Assembly (NCBI GenBank): GCA_049840735.1
Contig: JASGJN010000026.1
Coordinates: 520,961 to 584,960, forward strand
Length of the DNA: 64,000 nucleotides
Direction of reading: 5' to 3'
Source of the DNA: Anaeromyxobacter sp.
GTDB lineage: Bacteria; Myxococcota; Myxococcia; Myxococcales; Anaeromyxobacteraceae
Positions 48,159 to 57,000 of this stretch are shown one piece after another (within the stretch, counting starts at the first letter, position 1; each line of letters opens with the position of its first letter). Made by a program: the position numbers and the translations under genes. Below the pieces are notes generated by a model. It made no database searches. It had not been told where the DNA came from and saw nothing but the letters and a program-made list of their open reading frames with translations.

Positions 48159-49457
48159 TCAGCGCGCTGCCGGCTGCGGGCCGGCGGCCGGCGGGTGCGC
48201 GGCCCGCTGGATGGCCAGCGTCAGCACCATGGCCATGAAGGGCAGCGCCGCCAGCGCCATCAGCGCCACGGAGAAGCTGCCGGTGGAGGTCTTGATCCAG
48301 CCGATCATGTACGGCGCCGCGAAGCCGGACAGGTTGCCGATGGAGTTGACCAGGGCGATGCTGGCCGCGGCGGCGGTGCCGCTCATCAGGCCGGTGGGCA
48401 GGGTCCAGTAGGGCGGCAGCACGGCGAAGATGCCGAAGCCGGCCAGGCAGATGAAGACCATCTTGAGCACCGGGTCCTCCAGCTGGCTGCCGATCGCGAG
48501 GCAGCTGGCGGTGAGGAGCAGCGGGCCGGCCACGTGCCAGGTGCGCTCGCCGGTCCGGTCGGAGTGCTGGCCCCACCAGTACATGGCGGCGGCGCCGCAG
48601 GCGTAGGGGAGCGCGGAGATCACGCCGGTCTGGAAGTTGGTGACGCCGAAGGCCTTGACGATGGTGGGCAGCCAGAAGGAGAGGCCGTAGTTGGAGGCGG
48701 CCACGCCGAAGTAGATGAGCCCCAGCACCAGCACCCGCGGGTTGGCGAGCCCCTGCCAGAGCGAGATGCGGTGGACGATGGCGCGGCTGGCGCGGTCCCG
48801 CTCCATCACGCGCTCCAGCGTTTCGCGCTCCTCGGGCGTGAGCCACTTCGCCTCGGAGGGGCGGTCGGACAGGAAGCGGTAGACCCAGAGGCCGAAGAAG
48901 ACCGCCGGCAGCCCCTCGATGATGAAGAGCCACTTCCAGCCCTGCAGGCCGAGCACGCCGTGGGTGGAGAGGATCAGCCCGGAGAGCGGGCCGCCGATCA
49001 CGGTGGCGATGGGGTTGGCCAGCATGAGCGTGCCGATCACGCGGGCGCGCTGCTGGGCCGGGAACCAGTAGGTCAGGTAGAAGACGATGCCGGGGAAGAA
49101 GCCGGCCTCGGCCATGCCCAGCAGGAAGCGGAGCGTGTAGAAGCTGGCCTGCCCCTGGACCAGCGCCATGGCCATGGAGATGACGCCCCAGGTCAGCATG
49201 ATGCGGGCGATCCACTTGCGGGCGCCGAACCGCTCCAGCGCGACGTTGCTGGGCACCTCGAACAGGAAGTAGCCGATGAAGAAGATGCCGGCGCCCCAGC
49301 CGTAGACCAGCGGGGTGAAGCCGAGGTCCTTGTTCATCTCCAGCGCCGCGAACCCGACGTTCACGCGGTCGATGTAGGCGATGAAGTAGCAGACGATCAG
49401 GAACGGCAGCAGCCGGAGCCGGACCTTGCGGAAGACCTGCTGCTCGAGATCGGACAC
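48159..49457 (-). CDS. MFS anion:cation symporter (sugar-acid/tartrate-type)
   Basis: DRVNVGFA, FEVPSN, AEAGFFPG, WLFIIEGLP. Confidence 0.92.
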   Translation of the reverse strand: MSDLEQQVFRKVRLRLLPFLIVCYFIAYIDRVNVGFAALEMNKDLGFTPLVYGWGAGIFFIGYFLFEVPSNVALERFGARKWIARIMLTWGVISMAMALVQGQASFYTLRFLLGMAEAGFFPGIVFYLTYWFPAQQRARVIGTLMLANPIATVIGGPLSGLILSTHGVLGLQGWKWLFIIEGLPAVFFGLWVYRFLSDRPSEAKWLTPEERETLERVMERDRASRAIVHRISLWQGLANPRVLVLGLIYFGVAASNYGLSFWLPTIVKAFGVTNFQTGVISALPYACGAAAMYWWGQHSDRTGERTWHVAGPLLLTASCLAIGSQLEDPVLKMVFICLAGFGIFAVLPPYWTLPTGLMSGTAAAASIALVNSIGNLSGFAAPYMIGWIKTSTGSFSVALMALAALPFMAMVLTLAIQRAAHPPAAGPQPAAR

Positions 49458-49517
49458 GGGCTACCTCCCTGCTGGTGGGACTCCTACATCCGGCGACCTG
49501 TCCGCTGCCTGATGGTT

Positions 49518-49664
49518 AGTAGCTATACTACAAAATCGACTGCGGCAAGGGACCCTGTCGGGTGCGCACGCGGAGTCCGTCATCGAAGCGTTACCGCTGG
49601 CGTTCAACGAAAAATGACGCATCGCGCGGCTGTTCGCGGGTCTTGGAAATGTAGCGTAACTACA
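49518..49664. promoter_or_regulatory. Two HexR-type operators (49518-49532, 49650-49664)
   Basis: AGTAG-N5-CTACA and TGTAG-N5-CTACA between the divergent MFS and RpiR-family genes. Confidence 0.72.
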
Positions 49665-49736
49665 ACATTGGTCGCGCAAGAGTGTGGTAGGTGTTCGGAA
49701 ACACAGGCGTCCGCAGGCGTGGAAAGGCCGCAACAC

Positions 49737-50591
49737 GTGCGACACCCGAACGTCCTCGAACAGGTCCGGAGCATGCTGGACCAGCTGCGCCGGTCGGAGC
49801 GGAAGGTGGCCGAGAAGGTGCTGGCCAACCCCGCCGACTTCGTGCACCAGCCGCTGGCCGCGGTGGCCCGCAGCGCCGGGGTGAGCGAGCCCACCGTGGT
49901 CCGCTTCTGCCGCGCGGTGGGGGCCGACGGCTACCAGGACTTCCGCCTCCGCCTGGCCATGTCGCTGGGCTCGGGCGACGGCCTGCCCTACGTCTCCGAG
50001 GACATCGGCCCGGGCGACTCGATCCGCGAGGTGATCCAGAAGAGCGCCGACCACGCGCTCTCGGCGCTCAAGGAGGTCCGCGACGCGCTCGACCCGGCCG
50101 CGGTGGGCGCGGTGGTGGAGGCGCTGGCGGTCGCGCGGCGCGTGCAGTTCTACGGCTCGGGCGCCTCGGGCGTGGTGGCGCTGGACGCCCAGCACAAGTT
50201 CATCCGCATGGACGTGCCGGGCATCGCCTACGTGGACGCGCACCAGCGCGTGATGGCGGCGGCGGCCACCGGCCCGGGGGACGTGGTGCTGGCCTTCTCC
50301 TCCACCGGCCGCAGCCGCGACATCGCCCACGCCACGGCGCTGGCCCGCTCCAACGGCGCCACCTCGGTGGGCGTGACGCGCGCCGGCTCGCGCCTGGCGG
50401 AGGCCTGCTCGCTGGTGATCGACCTGCCGGCGCGCGAGAACACCGAGCTCTACACGCCCATGGTCTCGCGCCTGGCCCAGCTCCTGGTGGTGGACGTGCT
50501 GGTCACGGGCCTGATGCTGCGCCGCGGCCCTGCGCTGGTGGACCACCTGCGCAAGCTGAAGGTCAGCCTGGCCTACTTCCGGGAGGAGTGA
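49737..50591 (+). CDS. hexR: RpiR/HexR family regulator (HTH + SIS)
   Basis: SERKVA, VSEPTVVRFCR, GSGASG, DAQHKF, YTPMVSRLAQL. Confidence 0.88.
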   Translation: MRHPNVLEQVRSMLDQLRRSERKVAEKVLANPADFVHQPLAAVARSAGVSEPTVVRFCRAVGADGYQDFRLRLAMSLGSGDGLPYVSEDIGPGDSIREVIQKSADHALSALKEVRDALDPAAVGAVVEALAVARRVQFYGSGASGVVALDAQHKFIRMDVPGIAYVDAHQRVMAAAATGPGDVVLAFSSTGRSRDIAHATALARSNGATSVGVTRAGSRLAEACSLVIDLPARENTELYTPMVSRLAQLLVVDVLVTGLMLRRGPALVDHLRKLKVSLAYFREE

Positions 50592-50624
50592 GGGCGCCTT
50601 CGCAGCGCTGCCCTCCGACCCCTG

Positions 50625-50798
50625 GCCTTCGACTCCGCGCCCGCGATGCGGGCGCTACGCTCTGGCCGAACGGAGTTCACTGTCCGTTCGCCTTGGGCTC
50701 TTCGACTCCGCCGCGGCTACGCTCAGGGCGAACGGGGCGGGATGGCCGTTCGGCCTGAGCGTAGGGTCCGCCGGCAGGCGGGCCCGGAGTCGAAGGCC
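50625..50798. repeat. REP cluster: 50625-50673 (-), fragment ~50684, 50699-50735 (-), 50746-50798 (+)
   Basis: Same conserved flanks and GTAG-hairpin as the other copies. Confidence 0.88.
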
Positions 50799-50806
50799 AG
50801 GGTCTT

Positions 50807-52873
50807 CTACGGCGCCTCCCCCGCCAGCGCCGAGCTGCGGCGCTGCACGAAGCGCTTCAGCGTGTCGTTGCTCTCGATGGCCTCGGCGAAGGCGTCGCCC
50901 GGGTACGGGCCGCCCAGCTGCTCGGCGAGCGAGTTCTGCGCGCTCACCCAGGACCCGTAGGTGTAGCGGTCGCCCAGCGCGGCGGCGCGGCGGTAGTCGG
51001 TGTCGCCGCTGTCGGGCGAGGCCGCGGTGGTGGCGGCGATGGCCGGCTCGAGCCGCGTCACCCAGGCCTCGACCACCGGGCCGGTGCGGTGGCTCCAGTC
51101 CAGCCACTCGCCGCGGATGGCGGACACCTGGTCCAGCAGCTCCTGGCGGTGCGCGGCGCTCTCGAAGATCCGGTCGTAGAGCACGGGGTTCATGGTCTCC
51201 GGCACCCGCACGTCGCGCCAGCGCTCCGTCGTGCCGGCGAAGATGGTGGTGGAGACCACGTCGCGGAAGGGCAGCGTGTCCGGCCAGGACGCGATGTGCG
51301 TGTCGCGGAAGGTGAAGTCGTAGTCGTACGGGATGTAGGTCCACTTGCCGGTGTCGGGGTTCAGGTACAGGTAGTAGTTGTTGGCCACGCGCGCGTAGTG
51401 GTCCACGCCGCCGATGGCGACGTCCACCGCCTGCGCGCGGATGAAGCCGTCCACGTCCAGCGCCGCCTCGATCTGCGAGAGCGGCGTGGCCGGGTCGGCC
51501 ACCTTGGCGATGAAGGCGCGCAGCGCGGCCCGCGCCTCCACCACGCCCGACTTCCTGGTCTTGAGGTCGTAGCTCGGGCGGTAGGGGGCGAACTGCGAGG
51601 TCGGGCCGCCGTCCTGGTTGATGGCGGAGTTCACGTAGTCCGGGTCGGCGGCGTGCTCGGCGCCCACCCAGTCGGCGCGGGTGTCGGGGTCGGACTGCTC
51701 CACGCCGACGGTGCAGAAGTCCGGGTCCACGAAGACGGCGCCGCGGCTCTCGTAGGGCACGCAGCCCTCCGGGTCGAGCCAGGAGAGGTCGCCGCCGGAG
51801 ACCTTGAACATGTAGCCGTTGCGGCCGAAGCTCCGGACCAGGAACGGCTTGTCCACCGGCTCCACCAGGGTGAACACGCCCATCTGCGTGGTCTGGGGCA
51901 GGGCGCGGTTGTTGAGCCAGGGGTTGCGTGCGGTCGCGGTCACCACCAGCTCCAGGGTGGTGTGCACGGCGCGCGCGGCGGGCACGCCGCTGTCGCGCAG
52001 CACGGTGTAGGCCAGCGCCTCGCGGACGTAGGTGGGGTCGTCCTTGTTGTACTTGAGGGCCACCGCCTCGAGGCCCATGAACGTCCGGTCCTTGTTGGCG
52101 GCGACCTCCGGGACGTCGTCGGCGATGAGGCCGCTGCAGTTGCCGGCCCAGCTCGCGGTGGGTTGACCGTTCGCGTCGATGCAGGCGTAGACGCTCTCGT
52201 CGCCGTCGAAGGTCTCGTCAAACTTGAGGTTCAGGTGGAAGCGGCGCGGGATGGCGGTCCAGCTGCCGTCCCCCTGGTCGTACCAGTACTCCGGCCACAT
52301 GCGGCTGGTGCTGCCGCGCATCCGGAAGCCCACGTCCGGCAGCGTGGCCGTCACCTGGCCCTGGTCGTCCAGCACCTCCAGCGTGCCGCGCCGGTAGACC
52401 TCGCTCACCGTCCAGAGGTTCCAGGCCGGCCAGCCGCGGGCGTCGGTGAGGTAGCCGGAGCGGCCGGTCTGCAGCACGAAGGCGCTCCACTCGTCGGCGC
52501 TCACGGTCAGCCGCAGGTGGTGGACCTGGGCCGGGTCGAGGAAGGCGGCGCTCTCGTCGGTGGAGCAGCGCACGGCCACGTCGCTCACCGCGCCTGCGCG
52601 GGCGGCGCCGATGGCCCTGTCCACCACGCAGTGGGCGCCGGCCGGCTGCTGCGCGACCTCGACCTCGTACCGGTCGCCGGCGGCCAGGAGCACCGGGAAG
52701 GAGAACGCGCCGTTGCCGCTGACCTCCAGCGCCTGGCCGACCGCGGCCAGCGTCAGGTGCTGCCCGCCGGGCAGGCCGGAGACGGTGCCGCCGAAGCTCA
52801 CGTCCTTCGGGGCGTCGCTGCCGCCCTTGCAGGCGGCCAGGAGCAGCGTCAACGTCAGGAGCGATCGGCGCAT
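50807..52873 (-). CDS. CotH kinase family lipoprotein
   Basis: Lipobox LAAC; RMRGSTS, DPTYVREALAY, NNYYLY, IPYDYDFTF. Confidence 0.85.
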   Translation of the reverse strand: MRRSLLTLTLLLAACKGGSDAPKDVSFGGTVSGLPGGQHLTLAAVGQALEVSGNGAFSFPVLLAAGDRYEVEVAQQPAGAHCVVDRAIGAARAGAVSDVAVRCSTDESAAFLDPAQVHHLRLTVSADEWSAFVLQTGRSGYLTDARGWPAWNLWTVSEVYRRGTLEVLDDQGQVTATLPDVGFRMRGSTSRMWPEYWYDQGDGSWTAIPRRFHLNLKFDETFDGDESVYACIDANGQPTASWAGNCSGLIADDVPEVAANKDRTFMGLEAVALKYNKDDPTYVREALAYTVLRDSGVPAARAVHTTLELVVTATARNPWLNNRALPQTTQMGVFTLVEPVDKPFLVRSFGRNGYMFKVSGGDLSWLDPEGCVPYESRGAVFVDPDFCTVGVEQSDPDTRADWVGAEHAADPDYVNSAINQDGGPTSQFAPYRPSYDLKTRKSGVVEARAALRAFIAKVADPATPLSQIEAALDVDGFIRAQAVDVAIGGVDHYARVANNYYLYLNPDTGKWTYIPYDYDFTFRDTHIASWPDTLPFRDVVSTTIFAGTTERWRDVRVPETMNPVLYDRIFESAAHRQELLDQVSAIRGEWLDWSHRTGPVVEAWVTRLEPAIAATTAASPDSGDTDYRRAAALGDRYTYGSWVSAQNSLAEQLGGPYPGDAFAEAIESNDTLKRFVQRRSSALAGEAP

Positions 52874-52978
52874 GAGGTCTCCCCGGGGGTGGTGCGCGCC
52901 CGGCGTGGGCGCGCGCAGCTTACCCCGCACAGACGAGGCGCGGCGACCGGTGTGACCGGCGACGCGCCTGCACCCCGC

Positions 52979-55900
52979 TCAGTGCTCCACTGCGGCCGCC
53001 GAGGTGAGCTCCGGGCGCACCAGGTTGTCGTCCGAGTTGCGGTCGATCCGCTCGTTGAACGGGTCCAGGCCGGCGAAGGCGGGCGCGCGGTCCACCACCG
53101 CGGTGAGCACCTGCTCGCCGTCGTGGACGCGCCGCTTCTCCAGCAGGATCACCGAGCCCTCGTCGAACCCCTGCTTGCCGGGCTCGGCCTCGAACAGCCC
53201 CACCTCGACCAGCTCGTCCATGGCCGCCTCGGCCTCGACGCCCTTGCCGTCGGCGTACTTCTTGGCGGCGCGCACCGTCAGCGCCACGTCGAAGCGGCCG
53301 TCGGGCCGCGGCGTGACCTGGGCGGCCACGGCCTGCAGGTCGTAGAGCGTGATCCGCTCGAACAGGTCGGCGATGAGCTGCTCGTGCTCCGGCCCGGCCT
53401 CCTCGCGCAGCAGCCGCAGGAAGTCGGCCGAGGTCGGGTACGGCGCGGGCTTGAGGCCGTACTGCGCGATGAGCCGGCGCAGCGCGCGGTCGATGGGCTC
53501 GCGCCCCACCACCTCGGCCAGCCAGGCCATGGCGAGCGTGCCCTTCTGGTAATAGACGTAGGACTGGTCCTCGACCTGGGCCAGCGGCAGCTCCTCCAGC
53601 AGCTCGGTGCCGCGCGAGGCCAGGTACCGGTCCAGCTCGTACTTGAGGAAGCGGCGCACCTGCGCCTTCCCGTAGAGGTCCTCCATCACGCGCAGCGCCG
53701 AGTACTGCGAGAAGGACTCGGAGAGCAGCGTCGCCCCCTGCTCCTCGGCGCCAATCACCTGGTGCGCCCACCACTGGTGCGCCACCTCGTGGGCGGTGAC
53801 GTAGGTGGCCAGGTCCACCTTCTCCGGGTCCGAGCCGTCGGCGACGAAGCCGATCGACTCGGAGAAGGGGATGGTGTTGGCGAAGGACTGGGCGAAGGTG
53901 GCGTAGGCCGGGAACTCCAGGATGCGCAGCTGCCGGAACTGGAACGGCGAGTAGGCCTGCTGGAAGAGCTCCAGCGAGCGACGCATGGCCAGCATCATCC
54001 GGTCCACGTTGTAGGGGTGGTCCGGGTGGTACAGCACGCTGGTGGTCACCGCGCCGACCTGCTCGGTCCGGACCGCGTAGCGGGCCGACTGGAGCGAGAA
54101 GAAGTGGTGGATGGGCGCGTCGGTCCGGGTGTGGATGGTGCGGCGGCCGCCCGCCGTCCGGTCCTCCAGCAGGTAGCCGGGCGCCACCGGCAGCTGGTCG
54201 GCGTCGGTGGTGACGGTCAGGTCGGCGTTCACCCAGTCCGAGTCGCGGCGCAGGTAGTGGTAGGCGCGGGCCCGATCGTCGCCCAGCCTGGCCCAGCGCG
54301 GCGGGTCGCCCAGGCCGTACTTGCGCCGCTTGGAGCAATCCTTGAGCGTCTCCTCGCCGTACCAGAAGCCGAACTGCAGCCCCAGCTCGAAGCTGTCCAC
54401 GAAGGTCCCGTTCTCGACCACTCGCGTGAGCGGGTCGAGGGCCGGGAAGCCGCGCTCCTGCAGCCGCGTGGCGAAGCCGACGCTGCGCCGCTCACCGGGC
54501 GCCATGGGCGTGGCCAGCCGGTAGATGCGGTAGTGGAGCGGGCCGAAGTCCTGCTCCAGCGTGGCGCCGGGCAGCTCCAGCGACACCAGCTCGGTGCGCA
54601 GGTTCCAGCGCACGTGGAGCCGGTCGAGCGGGGCGCCGGTCCGGTTCTCCAGGTCGTAGCGGCCGCGGGTCTCCACCCGCACCTGGCGCGGGAAGAGCTG
54701 CACGTCCAGCGTGACGTCGGTGACCTTGGGCTGCGGCAGCCCCAGGTACGGCGAGAGCTGCTTCTCCACCTCGGCCAGGCGGGCCTCCGCCGCGCGCGAC
54801 GGGACGTAGGCGTTGAGGACGTTGGTGTTGGTGAAGATCCAGCTTCCCGTCCCCACCCAGACCAGCGCCGCCCCGCCCGCGAGGGCCGCGGGCGAACCGG
54901 CCAGCCGGCGGCGCAGGCCGCGCAGCCGCGGGCGGAGCGCCTGGTCGTTGCCGCGGCGCGAGAGGCCGTGGGCCACCACCAGCAGGATCACGGCGAAGGC
55001 GGCCCAGTAAAGCGTCAGCCAGGCCGCGCCAATCCAGAAGCGGCCGGCGCCGTTCATGTCCGAGATGGGCGTGGGGGTGGTGCTGCCGTAGCGGTAGAGC
55101 ACGTGCTCGAAGCCGGCCCCGCGCAGCGCCGACATCAGCACCACGTGGACCAGCATCACCGCCCAGCCCACCGCCTTGTGCGGCACCACCGCCTGGACGA
55201 AGGTGGCGAGCGCGGCGACGAGCGCCAGCGTGGCCAGCGAGGGCGCCACGTACCAGGCCAGGTAGTGGCCCAGCTCGAGGTGCGGCCAGCCCTTGAGCAG
55301 CTGCACCAGGATGGCGGCCACCACGCCGGCCAGCGTGGTCGCGGCCAGGATCCCCATCAGCGCCGCCAGGCGCGGGAGGAGGAAGGCCCAGTCCGGCGCC
55401 GGGGTGGCGCCGGTCAGCTCGTGCACCCGCCGCTCGCGGTCGCGCCAGGCCAGCTCGCCGGCGTAGTAGATGGCGATGATGAGCGGGAAGAGGGTGAACG
55501 CGCCGTCCAGCACGTTCACCATGGTGCGGGTGGCCGGGTGCAGCTCGGCGCCCATGAGGTCGGTGCTTGTCCAGAGCGCGGCGAAGGCGTTGAGCAGCCC
55601 CAGCACCAGGAGCACCCAGAAGCCGGCCGAGCGCAGCACCCCGACCGCCTCGAACCGGCTCACCGCCAGCAGCTGCGCCCAGGCGGTGGCGCGGCCGAAG
55701 CGCGGCGTGACCCGGTGGCCGAGCGCGGCCGGGGCCGGTGCCGGCCCGGGCGCCGGAGCGCCTCCGTCCCGTTCGCGGTCCGCCTCCCAATCCGCGGACC
55801 GGCGGGCTGCGCGCCCGGGCCGGGCCTCGAAGCGGAACCGCCAGTACGCCAGCGCGAACAGCGCGCCCGCCACGCCCAGCCAGAGCAGCCGGTTCTGCAG

Positions 55901-56203
55901 CATGAGCGGCGACCAGGGGAGCTGGCCGTTCCGCTCCGCGACCGTCCAGTAGCGCGTGGCGAGCTGCAGCGGGCCGATGCCGAAGGGGTCGAGCAGCGAG
56001 ACGAGCCGCTCGTGCTCGGGCCTGGCCGCGAGCAGGACCGCCACGAAGTACGCGGCCAGGAAGGCCACCGCGCCGACGTAGGTGGCGGTCATGGAGCGCG
56101 TGCCGGTGGCCAGCGCGAAGAAGGCGGCCGAGATGAGCAGCGCGGTGGGCAGCGCCACCACCGCCAGCGCGTAGGCGTAGTCGCCCGGGCGGAACGGGCC
56201 CAG
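52979..56203 (-). CDS. ABC permease-M1 aminopeptidase fusion, 5'-truncated at the junction
   Basis: Multiple TM segments, then AHEVAHQWW...LSESF and YYQKG. The reading frame ends upstream at the compositional break. Confidence 0.88.
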   Translation of the reverse strand: MGPFRPGDYAYALAVVALPTALLISAAFFALATGTRSMTATYVGAVAFLAAYFVAVLLAARPEHERLVSLLDPFGIGPLQLATRYWTVAERNGQLPWSPLMLQNRLLWLGVAGALFALAYWRFRFEARPGRAARRSADWEADRERDGGAPAPGPAPAPAALGHRVTPRFGRATAWAQLLAVSRFEAVGVLRSAGFWVLLVLGLLNAFAALWTSTDLMGAELHPATRTMVNVLDGAFTLFPLIIAIYYAGELAWRDRERRVHELTGATPAPDWAFLLPRLAALMGILAATTLAGVVAAILVQLLKGWPHLELGHYLAWYVAPSLATLALVAALATFVQAVVPHKAVGWAVMLVHVVLMSALRGAGFEHVLYRYGSTTPTPISDMNGAGRFWIGAAWLTLYWAAFAVILLVVAHGLSRRGNDQALRPRLRGLRRRLAGSPAALAGGAALVWVGTGSWIFTNTNVLNAYVPSRAAEARLAEVEKQLSPYLGLPQPKVTDVTLDVQLFPRQVRVETRGRYDLENRTGAPLDRLHVRWNLRTELVSLELPGATLEQDFGPLHYRIYRLATPMAPGERRSVGFATRLQERGFPALDPLTRVVENGTFVDSFELGLQFGFWYGEETLKDCSKRRKYGLGDPPRWARLGDDRARAYHYLRRDSDWVNADLTVTTDADQLPVAPGYLLEDRTAGGRRTIHTRTDAPIHHFFSLQSARYAVRTEQVGAVTTSVLYHPDHPYNVDRMMLAMRRSLELFQQAYSPFQFRQLRILEFPAYATFAQSFANTIPFSESIGFVADGSDPEKVDLATYVTAHEVAHQWWAHQVIGAEEQGATLLSESFSQYSALRVMEDLYGKAQVRRFLKYELDRYLASRGTELLEELPLAQVEDQSYVYYQKGTLAMAWLAEVVGREPIDRALRRLIAQYGLKPAPYPTSADFLRLLREEAGPEHEQLIADLFERITLYDLQAVAAQVTPRPDGRFDVALTVRAAKKYADGKGVEAEAAMDELVEVGLFEAEPGKQGFDEGSVILLEKRRVHDGEQVLTAVVDRAPAFAGLDPFNERIDRNSDDNLVRPELTSAAAVEH

Positions 56204-56802
56204 TACGTGTCCTCATGGCACTTGGAAAAACGGAGGAAGCGGACGTGCTTCTGAAACGGCTTCTGAAATTCACCGTTGATAACAACCGTCCGCACAGTAA
56301 TGTTGAAATACTGAATTTATTGGCGCTTAACTCATTTGACGGTCATAGAGCCGAAGCCCTCAAGTACATGGATGAGGCCCTGGACATCGGCTTGCGCGAG
56401 GGGTATGAGCGCAGCTTCATAGACGAACTTGCGCCCATGGAACGGCTCTTAAAAACCTACACGCAGTCGCGGCGTAAACCGGACGACGAGACGGCGCAAA
56501 AACAGCGAAGGACGTTTGCCTTAAAGCTCACGCATCAGATACGCGAATATATAGTAAGGGCAGCGGAGCTAAACGGCGAAGCTGCCGCAACCTCGGTATC
56601 GAAAAACTTCGACCGCCTCACCGAACAGGAGAAAAAGGTGCTGGTACATATCGTAAAAGCCGCCGCCAACAAGGACATAGCTGAAAAACTTGGTATCAGC
56701 TTGCGGACGGTAAAAATGCATACAGGAAATATTTATGGCAAGCTGGGCTTAAAAAATCGTGCCCAGGTCGTCAAGGTCGTGCGGGATCTGGGGCTGCTGT
56801 AA
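56204..56802 (+). CDS. MalT-like LuxR regulator, C-terminal fragment only
   Basis: GYERSFIDE, LTEQEKKVL...NKDIAEKLGISLRTVKMHTGNIYGKLG. The frame is open back to the junction and the N-terminal domains are missing. Confidence 0.82.
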
Positions 56803-56840
56803 TGCCTCTATATCGAACTTTTTAAATATTCTCCCTGTCA

Positions 56841-56874
56841 ACAAAATGCGCTCATTCGGGCGCATTTTGTTTTG
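56841..56874 (+). terminator. Intrinsic terminator after the LuxR gene
   Basis: ACAAAATGCGCTC-attc-GGGCGCATTTTGT followed by T-run. Confidence 0.65.
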
Positions 56875-57000
56875 CGTATGTACTTTTCTGAATTGCGCTT
56901 GTACCTTGGTACGTTTTGAAGAGATTGGTTCTGTGCTATCATTGGGAAAATGGTCGAATTTTACATTAAAAATTGCGATTTATTTCTGGAGGTGAAAAAC

